Origin: Parcubacteria group bacterium
Lineage (GTDB): Bacteria; Patescibacteriota; Minisyncoccia; 2-02-FULL-40-12; IGHO2-01-FULL-4-A
DNA: 60,028 nucleotides
Assembly: GCA_043821485.1 (NCBI GenBank)
Contig: JBDRCU010000038.1
Span: 1-60,028, forward strand
Direction of reading: 5' to 3'
Shown here: positions 39,773-46,814 of the stretch, piece after piece
How the letters are laid out: each line of letters starts with the position of its first letter
Position numbering within the stretch: the first letter of the stretch is position 1
The notes under the pieces: model-generated
The model's input: only the letters and a program-made list of their open reading frames with translations
Told to the model about the DNA's origin: nothing
Database searches by the model: none
Program-made: the position numbers and the translations under genes

Positions 39773-40180
39773 TTACAATGCTCTTATTTTTCCAACTACA
39801 TCGTAATACACATTCAAACCATAATAGTCGAGAGGGAGAGAGATGAATGAAGGCACTTGTTTTTCAAGAAGTACTCCTATCGCATAATCATTACTCTGGT
39901 CATCTGGTGCGTGCGGATCTAAAAGTCCTACCTTTGAAAGGCCTACCCCGTTAATATACTCCGACCAGGGTTCTTTGCTCATATATTCAACAACAAACTT
40001 ATTTTGAATAATTTCTGCTTCTTCTATAGTAATGGTGTCTGCCTCAGTAGTTTTTGAGTAATCTCTTTCTGTAAAATTGAGGACTGCATCCTCAGATGAT
40101 TTATCTCGAATTACGTAATAGAAAATCAATGAAAATAAAATCAGTATGATTATGATTAAATAAATTTGTCTTTTCTTCAT
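39773..40180 (-). CDS. Membrane-anchored hypothetical protein
   Basis: N-terminal TM; ATG 40180 lies 3 nt from A repeat copy 2. Confidence 0.7.
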   Translation of the reverse strand: MKKRQIYLIIIILILFSLIFYYVIRDKSSEDAVLNFTERDYSKTTEADTITIEEAEIIQNKFVVEYMSKEPWSEYINGVGLSKVGLLDPHAPDDQSNDYAIGVLLEKQVPSFISLPLDYYGLNVYYDVVGKIRAL

Positions 40181-40183
40181 ACT

Positions 40184-40302
40184 CAAAATCCTATCATAAT
40201 CCTATGATCTCTACTACCTACAATAAGCAGGGTGCCGTCGTGGGGGATGTTAGAAGTATTTTTGAGAGATTGAACGATGCGAGTGTTTACATACCGACGA
40301 TT
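40184..40302. repeat. A repeat copy 2 (119 bp)
   Basis: Same length as copy 1, high identity over the first ~85 bp; fills the whole intergenic gap. Confidence 0.9.
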
Positions 40303-40933
40303 ATGTCATAGCCGATAATATTGTTAAAATCTCTTCTGGGGTTCGTGCCAAATATTCAGGATTTTCTTTTTGTAATAGTTTTTCCGAATTATAGCCCCAA
40401 GTAATTGCAATAGTTTTTATATTTGCTTTTCTTGCTCCTATGATATCCCTATTCTCATCCCCAACATATAAAATCTCGACTGGCTTAATTTTATATTTTT
40501 TGCACATATTTTTCAAAATCAAGTGTTTGCCGAATATCGAACTACTGGAATAAATAAAATCAAAGTCATCTGCTATTCCGTATCTTCTCAAAACATTCGA
40601 GATATTTTCACTCGAGTTGCTTGAAACAATTCCGAGTTTATAATTACGACTCAGCTCTTGAAGTATCTGGGGCATATTAGGGAATAGCTTTATGTCCGTT
40701 TTCTTTCTCAGCTTAAAAAGAACATCTTTAACGAGTTTAGGAAGTTTCCAAAGAGGTATTCTTGCCCGCTTCATTAATCCCGAGATTCCATAATTCTTTA
40801 TATCATTCATATCGACATCGACTTCTTTGTCTGTTTTCAAGCCGTTCACAATATCCAGAACGTCCTTAAATGTATCTGCCATAGTCCCATCAAAATCAAA
40901 AACGATATATTTAATTGTCATTTTCTCACTCAT
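40301..40933 (-). CDS. HAD-IA family hydrolase (phosphoglycolate-phosphatase-like)
   Basis: FDFDGTMADT, VSSN, YVGDE.RD, TWGY. Confidence 0.9.
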   Translation of the reverse strand: MSEKMTIKYIVFDFDGTMADTFKDVLDIVNGLKTDKEVDVDMNDIKNYGISGLMKRARIPLWKLPKLVKDVLFKLRKKTDIKLFPNMPQILQELSRNYKLGIVSSNSSENISNVLRRYGIADDFDFIYSSSSIFGKHLILKNMCKKYKIKPVEILYVGDENRDIIGARKANIKTIAITWGYNSEKLLQKENPEYLARTPEEILTILSAMT

Positions 40934-41013
40934 TACTCAAATAGTAGCACGGCTTTTAAGATTTCTCTATCTATTTTCGACTTTCGAGACTCGAACCGAA
41001 TCTCTCAATATCG

Positions 41014-41068
41014 GAACCAAAAACACCCTGCTATTACAGGGTGGTTTTGATGTCATTCCACGATGGGT
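41014..41068. repeat. 55-bp copy of the tRNA-His 3' flank (hairpin plus TTCCACGATGGGT)
   Basis: 44/55 identical by manual count to 43113-43167. Confidence 0.85.
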
Positions 41069-41093
41069 CAGGAAGTACTGGCTGTTCGAACCT
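41065..41093. repeat. B repeat copy 4
   Basis: GGGTCAGGAAGTACTGGCTGTTCGAACCT. Confidence 0.9.
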
Positions 41094-41095
41094 GT

Positions 41096-41503
41096 TTATT
41101 TAAAATTCTTTAAAAAATTATCAATGGTTTTAACAGGGGCCCATCCTGTCCATGAAAATCTTTTTTGAAAATAATCGCTCTCTTGTCCGTTGATTTCTAA
41201 ATAGGTCCTCTTACTATTGGTTCTCATCTCTAGTGCTGCTTGTGGAAGATCGTAACTAACATCATATATAGAAATCTGTTTTCCTACCAATGTTCCCGCC
41301 AATAAATAAACTATATCACTGCCATCTTTATATTTTGGTCTAGAAAAACCAAAAAACTTTTTACCTTTATTATGACTTGTGAAACTTAGTCCATATTTAT
41401 TTGCTAGCTTATTAAGCTTATAGGTCCTAAGTAGATAGTGATTTATACAAAATACAACTGCAACAGCAAGTACTATAGATGAAATAATCCATGAAGTATC
41501 CAT
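41096..41503 (-). CDS. Membrane-anchored hypothetical protein
   Basis: N-terminal TM; ATG 41503 lies 3 nt from A repeat copy 3. Confidence 0.7.
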   Translation of the reverse strand: MDTSWIISSIVLAVAVVFCINHYLLRTYKLNKLANKYGLSFTSHNKGKKFFGFSRPKYKDGSDIVYLLAGTLVGKQISIYDVSYDLPQAALEMRTNSKRTYLEINGQESDYFQKRFSWTGWAPVKTIDNFLKNFK

Positions 41504-41506
41504 ATC

Positions 41507-41578
41507 CAAAATCCTATCATAATTCTATGATCGCTACTACCTACAATAAGCAGGGTGCCATCGTGGGGGATGTTAGAA
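41507..41578. repeat. A repeat copy 3 (72-bp core)
   Basis: CAAAATCCTATCATAATTCTATGATCGCTACTACCTACAATAAGCAGGGTGCCATCGTGGGGGATGTTAGAA. Confidence 0.88.
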
Positions 41579-41627
41579 CTAGGATTAGACAGTTTCAAGG
41601 GTATATCCGTCTTCCTATTGTTAGCAT

Positions 41628-42569
41628 TTAAGTTGCCGTATTTAATATTGCATCATAACCAATCTCACCTTTTCTAGCTAAACTTATATTTTCTTGTAAC
41701 GCTCCCTTTTTTTCTTTATCATCGCTTTGTAAAATCTCATGCATTGCCTTAAATGCCCGTTCTATATCACCTGCACCAACCGCTTCAATAAAAGCCTCTG
41801 CATCTAATGTTCTGCGAGCTTGTTCTTTGACATATTCATTCTTTAGCTCAGCGCTTTCAACAACCGCTTTACTGGCGTCAAGAAAGGCATCACGATATTT
41901 CAAATCGCCCTTTCTCATTTGATAAATACCAAAAGCTACAGCAATAAACTCCCTTGCTGACAATAGATTATTTTTTTCGCTATATCCTGCTTCATCAGAC
42001 TCTAAAATCGCACCTTTTTCCTTATTACTAAATTGATAAAGATGTGCTAACTCATGCGATAAAACATTTCGTAAATATACGTTTCTGTATGTTTCAACTG
42101 AACCCGTTGCATTATCACTATCTATCAACTCCCTCATCTCTACTCCGAGTTTATATAGCTTTCCATAAAACGTATTCTCCTTGAAAACGTCACTTGAAGG
42201 TAGGACAACAAACGGAGTCACGTCTTCAGGAACGATGGGGTATTCTTCTGAACTTCCATTAAGTTCTTGCGACCTGCCACCGATCTCAGAAGTAAAACGA
42301 GACCAGTTTTCTTTACATAAAATAACTACCCTTGCGGTAGCTCCTGCTTGTCTACTAGTATCTAAAGATTTTTTTATTTCAATTATGTGTTCAATATCTG
42401 AAGCATCAAGAGGCTCATCGCTGTACAGTTCAATCCCATTTGCAGTTAAATCTTGATTCTCATATTTACCTACATTTGTTTCAATCCAAAGAGAAGCGTC
42501 TCTGATTTGCCGTTTCCGTTTATCTTGCGGTAATTCTTGCTCTGCATTAGCCTTTGGCATTTCGTCCAT
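41628..42569 (-). CDS. Hypothetical protein with HExxH motif
   Basis: 313-aa ORF containing SHELAHLY...E. Confidence 0.7.
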   Translation of the reverse strand: MDEMPKANAEQELPQDKRKRQIRDASLWIETNVGKYENQDLTANGIELYSDEPLDASDIEHIIEIKKSLDTSRQAGATARVVILCKENWSRFTSEIGGRSQELNGSSEEYPIVPEDVTPFVVLPSSDVFKENTFYGKLYKLGVEMRELIDSDNATGSVETYRNVYLRNVLSHELAHLYQFSNKEKGAILESDEAGYSEKNNLLSAREFIAVAFGIYQMRKGDLKYRDAFLDASKAVVESAELKNEYVKEQARRTLDAEAFIEAVGAGDIERAFKAMHEILQSDDKEKKGALQENISLARKGEIGYDAILNTAT

Positions 42570-42606
42570 AGAATTTGTTAGATGGGTAACTCTTCATTTT
42601 GCATTA

Positions 42607-43074
42607 TCAGTTTCTATCTCCTAGGTCTTCATTGCTACTAAGATAAACCTTGTCATCGGAACAACTCATTGTTTGATAATCACCACGAGCATTAGTGAGT
42701 AAAACCTTAAAACCTCCTTCATCTGGATCTGGATCATCATGGAAGGTAATTTTCACTACTTTCCATCCTTTAGAAAGTCTTTCCTCTTTGTAATATGTTT
42801 GCATCGTTTCTAAGTCTTCCTTGTCACTTCCCGAAGCTTTCTTAATGGCATCGTTCCAAGTACTAAACTCTTCTTGCGGTGGTAGCAATACTTGGTCTCC
42901 TGTCTCCAAGTCGACTACTCCATGTCCTGCTAGTTCCTCTGACTCTTCAGGACTCATTTTTCTCGTACGTCCTGCTGTCTTATCTGCTGTATTCTTTGAA
43001 GGCAACGGGACTAAAGATTCTATTGTAGATTTTGCCATGTTGTATATGTTAGCTAATATCAAATTGTTGTTCAT
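42607..43074 (-). CDS. Acidic hypothetical protein
   Basis: 155-aa ORF; first gene downstream of tRNA-His, preceded by a partial A motif (43092-43108). Confidence 0.6.
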   Translation of the reverse strand: MNNNLILANIYNMAKSTIESLVPLPSKNTADKTAGRTRKMSPEESEELAGHGVVDLETGDQVLLPPQEEFSTWNDAIKKASGSDKEDLETMQTYYKEERLSKGWKVVKITFHDDPDPDEGGFKVLLTNARGDYQTMSCSDDKVYLSSNEDLGDRN

Positions 43075-43164
43075 ATCATAAGAGGATATATCAAAATCTT
43101 ATCATAATACTAGAACCAAAACCATCCTGAATTATCAGGATGATTTTGATGCGATTCCACGATG

Positions 43165-43236
43165 GGTGGCTAGAGGGAATTGAACCCTCGATTCCGCTGC
43201 CACAGAGCGGTGTTTTACCACTAAACTATAGCCACC
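43165..43236 (-). tRNA. tRNA-His(GTG)
   Basis: G-1, GTGGCTA/TAGCCAC acceptor stem, C73, anticodon arm CCGCT-CTGTGGC-AGCGG, TTCAATT loop. Confidence 0.93.
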
Positions 43237-43259
43237 ATAATAACCATATAATATGGTTG

Positions 43260-43332
43260 TCTCCCCGGAGGGAATCGAACCCCCAACCTACTGGTTAGAA
43301 ACCAGTTGCTCTATCCGTTGAGCTACGGGGAG
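43260..43332 (-). tRNA. tRNA-Arg(TCT)
   Basis: CTCCCCG acceptor, ACTGG-TTTCTAA-CCAGT anticodon arm, GGTTCGATTCC. Confidence 0.93.
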
Positions 43333-43410
43333 CTAAAATCAGATTATACTTTACCACTATTTTACTTGAACGTAAAGGAAAATAATGCTATCATTCTTTA
43401 ACTTTTGTCA

Positions 43411-43481
43411 CGGGCCGTGGTGTAATGGTAGCACGGGACGTTTGGGACGTTCTAGTCCGAGTTCGAGTCTCGGCGGCCCGA
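43411..43481 (+). tRNA. tRNA-Pro(TGG)
   Basis: CGGGCCG acceptor, anticodon loop TTTGGGA, GTTCGAGTC. Confidence 0.92.
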
Positions 43482-43503
43482 CAGAGTATTGCTTTAAAAT
43501 ATT

Positions 43504-43529
43504 AAAACCGCGCTATACAGCGCGGTTTT
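43504..43529. terminator. Bidirectional terminator
   Basis: AAAACCGCGC-TATACA-GCGCGGTTTT between convergent tRNA-Pro and ORF 43550. Confidence 0.75.
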
Positions 43530-43549
43530 AATATGGGTATCTTTGAAAA

Positions 43550-43756
43550 CTATTCTTCTGGAGCTACTTCAGGTGTCTCTTCGTCTAGTACATCTCCTTC
43601 ATCTACTGTACCCTCTACATCTCCGTCAGGGCTTACCTCTGGACTTACTTCACCAGAAACTTCCGGTGTTGGGGTCTCATCTGTTGTCTCTTCTCCGCCA
43701 CGGAATAAGAAGAACAATACAACGATGATGATAATGATGATAATTAATGCTTTCAT
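43550..43756 (-). CDS. Small membrane-anchored acidic protein (68 aa)
   Basis: N-terminal TM followed by E/D/P-rich tail. Confidence 0.65.
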   Translation of the reverse strand: MKALIIIIIIIVVLFFLFRGGEETTDETPTPEVSGEVSPEVSPDGDVEGTVDEGDVLDEETPEVAPEE

Positions 43757-43843
43757 CGGTTTTATATTATTAAATAATAAATCGTCGAATTCGACCGTAC
43801 TGCAATGGTTTATAACATCCCTAGATTAAAAACACAACCTTGA

Positions 43844-44326
43844 CTATTCAACAATTATGGTGCCTTTATGAGATGGGCTAAGGTGATTATGATAAGACCA
43901 TTCACCTAGCTCATCAAATGTAAAGGTCCATGCTAGGCCTGGAATCTTGCCTATACATGAATCGAATACAACTTCACGTTCTGATTCTTCAAGGTCACAC
44001 TTCTCTATACCGGAATTAGGATAAGCAGTATGTGTTGGATGAACATCTGACGCAGTCCATAAGTCTTGAGTGCTTTGATTGTTAAATACAACTGTATCCC
44101 CTTTTTGAATTCTAACTGTTTGAGGTGAATAACCAATATCTGTATATTTTACAAAATACAGTTCACCCTCATATATTATTTCTGGTTTGCCTATTTGGGT
44201 TAGCGTTGCATCAGCAGATCCATTATCACCATCCCGATCCTCTGACCCGCCTGTCATCACAAAAAAGAGAACAACAAGCAATATCATGATCGCTACTATG
44301 AGTAAAATTAAATAAGAAGTTTTCAT
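43844..44326 (-). CDS. Membrane-anchored cupredoxin-like protein
   Basis: GYSPQTV.I.KGDTV.F.N...F.F...G.W.YHNHL......G.I.VE pattern. Confidence 0.7.
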   Translation of the reverse strand: MKTSYLILLIVAIMILLVVLFFVMTGGSEDRDGDNGSADATLTQIGKPEIIYEGELYFVKYTDIGYSPQTVRIQKGDTVVFNNQSTQDLWTASDVHPTHTAYPNSGIEKCDLEESEREVVFDSCIGKIPGLAWTFTFDELGEWSYHNHLSPSHKGTIIVE

Positions 44327-44405
44327 ATTAAAATTATACGACACAAAAGGATCTATTACTATAGAAATCTGTTTATACTTCTGATATTATAGAATCCACA
44401 CGCAT

Positions 44406-44480
44406 GCGGGTATCGTATAGTGGCTATTATATTTGCCTTCCAAGCAAAAGACAGGGGTTCGACTCCCCTTACCCGCTCCA
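44406..44480 (+). tRNA. tRNA-Gly(TCC), CCA encoded
   Basis: GCGGGTA acceptor, TTTGC-CTTCCAA-GCAAA, GGTTCGACTCC, ends TCCA. Confidence 0.94.
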
Positions 44481-44539
44481 ATAAAAGACTCCGCTTTTGG
44501 CGGAGCTCTTTTATTTTTATAAACTCAATACGTATCGTC

Positions 44540-44821
44540 TTATAATACTGCCTCCTTGAGTGCTTTCGAAGGCGTGAACTTCGCTTTCTTGGAAGCCTTA
44601 ATGTGAATCGCTTCTCCTGTCTTTGGGTTTCTGCCCATTCTTGCTTTACGGTCTGCTACCTTGAAGATTCCAAATCCGCTCAAATTGAGCTTATCTCCTG
44701 TCTTCATAATCTTCAAAATCTCATCCAGCATCATTTCTATAGTCTCTCCTGCTTTTTTCTTTGGCATCTCCCACTTCTCTGCCATTAAAGCAGTGAACTG
44801 GTTCTTTGTTACTGATTTCAT
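44540..44821 (-). CDS. hup: HU family DNA-binding protein
   Basis: GFG.FKV..R.AR.GRNP.TGE.I.I.A.....F...K.LK. Confidence 0.93.
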   Translation of the reverse strand: MKSVTKNQFTALMAEKWEMPKKKAGETIEMMLDEILKIMKTGDKLNLSGFGIFKVADRKARMGRNPKTGEAIHIKASKKAKFTPSKALKEAVL

Positions 44822-45036
44822 ATGTTCTTTACTTCTAAAACTCTGGCAAGCAACTTGGAGTTGCTTAGCCAATAAGGCTTTAGAATAAAATTATAGATTG
44901 AGAACTTTTTGCACACGAGATACTTGACCATAGGTATCATTCGTGTCTTTTTGGTTTCCAAAATACTTATGCCTAGAATTTTACTTATTTTATAAGGGTT
45001 TTTCAACCTTCCTGTGCATAACTTCTTCTAGGTGCA

Positions 45037-46569
45037 TTATCTTGCATGCTCAATAGCACGCGTCTCTCTTATTACTGTCACCTTGATTTCACCTGGATAT
45101 TTCATCTCTAATTCTATTTTTTTCGCTACATCGCGGGCTAATTTCATTGCAGAAAGATCATCAATCTTTGTAGGGGTAACAAATATACGCAATTCTCTTC
45201 CAGCTTGTACTGCATAGGATTTTTCAACTCCTTCAAATGAAGTTGCAATACGTTCAAGGTCTTCCAATCTCTTAATATACACTTCTACAGTGTCTCTACG
45301 CGCTCCTGGACGTGCAGCAGATATAGCGTCAGCAGTTTGAACAATGCGCGACTCAAGCGACGTATAAGGATATTCCTCATGATGGGATTCCATTGCCTTT
45401 ACTACGGCATCGTCAACGTTAAACTTTTGCAATAACTTCCTCCCTATCTCAACATGAGTACCTTGCACTTCATGATCAACTGCTTTACCAATATCATGAA
45501 ATAGTGCGCCTTTTTTAGCGATACTCACATCGGCACCAAGTTCAGTTGCGAGGATTCCTGCAATATGAGCCATCTCAATGGAATGTATAAGTACATTTTG
45601 TCCAAAACTTGTACGGAATGCTAAGCGTCCAAGCAGAAAGGTAAGTTTTGGATCGATTGTTCCTATCCCAACTTCAAAAGCTGCTGCCTCTCCTGCCTGT
45701 TGAATCTTTTCAGTAAGCTCTTCTTTCGCTTTTTCAACCATTTCTTCAATCTTCGCCGGATGGATTCTACCATCAGCAATAAGCTTATCTAGAGCAAGTT
45801 TGGCTACTTGTCTTCTGACTGGGTCAAATCCGGAAATCACGAGGGTCTCAGGCGTGTCATCAATAATGATATCTACTCCAGTGAGACGTTCTATTGTTTT
45901 GATATTACGTCCTTCTTTTCCGATTATCTTACCCTTCAATTCGTCCGAGGGGAGACTTACTACGGTCGTGGTAGCATCAGAAATATGCGAACCCGCATAT
46001 CTTTGTACAGCGAGCGTAAGAAGTTCTTTAGCCTTCTTATCTATCTCTTCCTGACTGCCTCGTTCAAGTTTCATTGTCTTTTCACGAAGCTCTTCTGTAA
46101 ATTCTTCTTCCAAATTTGCAAAAAGCTGTTTCTTTGCTTCATCTTTTTCAAGTCCTGCAATCTTCTGTAACTTTTCTATCTGTTGCTCGCGCTTTTCTTC
46201 AATCTGAACTAATACCTCTTTGACTTTTTCTGTCTTTTCCGTAAGAGATATTTTTTCTTGTTCAAGTTCTTTAACGCGAGTATCTAATTCAACCTCTTTT
46301 TTAGAAAGCAAACTTTCTATCTTCGCAAGATGCTTGTTCCGTTCCTCCTCCTGCTTCTTGGCATCTTCAAGAATACTAAAGGCTTTATCTTTAGTCTCAA
46401 GTAATACGTCTTGTGCTTTTGCCTTGGCTTCAGAAAGCAAACGTTCCGCACGCTCTCGTGCAGAAGTAACCTTTTTAGTAGTTAAAAATCTATCTAATAG
46501 ATATCCTAAAACGATACCAAATGCCAAGAATAGAAGTCCTTCTAATAAGGGATTTATTCCCGCTAACAT
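45037..46569 (-). CDS. rny: Ribonuclease Y
   Basis: TM, coiled coil, KH (KGKIIGKEGRNI), HD (HDIGK), AGRELRI. Confidence 0.96.
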   Translation of the reverse strand: MLAGINPLLEGLLFLAFGIVLGYLLDRFLTTKKVTSARERAERLLSEAKAKAQDVLLETKDKAFSILEDAKKQEEERNKHLAKIESLLSKKEVELDTRVKELEQEKISLTEKTEKVKEVLVQIEEKREQQIEKLQKIAGLEKDEAKKQLFANLEEEFTEELREKTMKLERGSQEEIDKKAKELLTLAVQRYAGSHISDATTTVVSLPSDELKGKIIGKEGRNIKTIERLTGVDIIIDDTPETLVISGFDPVRRQVAKLALDKLIADGRIHPAKIEEMVEKAKEELTEKIQQAGEAAAFEVGIGTIDPKLTFLLGRLAFRTSFGQNVLIHSIEMAHIAGILATELGADVSIAKKGALFHDIGKAVDHEVQGTHVEIGRKLLQKFNVDDAVVKAMESHHEEYPYTSLESRIVQTADAISAARPGARRDTVEVYIKRLEDLERIATSFEGVEKSYAVQAGRELRIFVTPTKIDDLSAMKLARDVAKKIELEMKYPGEIKVTVIRETRAIEHAR

Positions 46570-46574
46570 ATGTT

Positions 46575-46757
46575 TTAAGCAGAGAAACTGTCACGTGTGA
46601 TTCAAACAAAGAAATACAGCACGCTGTATGGAGATTAGAATTTACTGTAAATTGTGAAGTTTAGAGACATTCAGTTTTTAGTAACGGTAACCATCAATAG
46701 AGCATCCGTATTTCTCTGGGAGAGTTAATCGCTTAGATTAAATATTCAATATAATAC
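46575..46757 (-). ncRNA. Candidate 6S-like RNA or structured rny leader
   Basis: TTGACT-17-TATCAT promoter (46792-46764), ~188-nt ORF-free leader with long-range stems. Confidence 0.35.
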
Positions 46758-46814
46758 ACAATTATGATAATTCATATCTATAAAAAAGTCAATGTTGATG
46801 ATATAATTAATAGA

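Larger units (their letters stand above)
37147..43165 (-). mobile_element. tRNA-His-anchored accessory gene cassette array/island without recombinase
   Basis: Ten co-oriented accessory ORFs separated by two repeat families; right end abuts the tRNA-His 3' end. Confidence 0.7.

Noticed and set aside
38118-41093. B repeats as a CRISPR array
   Set aside because: The 29-bp length fits, but spacers are 600-1300 bp, contain whole genes and are irregular; no cas genes are present
40827-41168. 113-aa plus-strand ORF spanning B4
   Set aside because: Antisense to two real genes at both ends; probably a by-product of the repeat sequence
38578-42606. A repeats or GTTAGAT (42578 region) as canonical integron attC sites
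   Set aside because: TTCTAAC/GTTAGAA resemble R boxes, but no matched RYYYAAC...GTTRRRY pair with L boxes is seen on the gene strand, and no intI is present
44818-45006. 62-aa ORF between hup and rny, and the extended hup start at 44872
   Set aside because: Low-complexity AT-rich intergenic sequence; HU homology starts at ATG 44821
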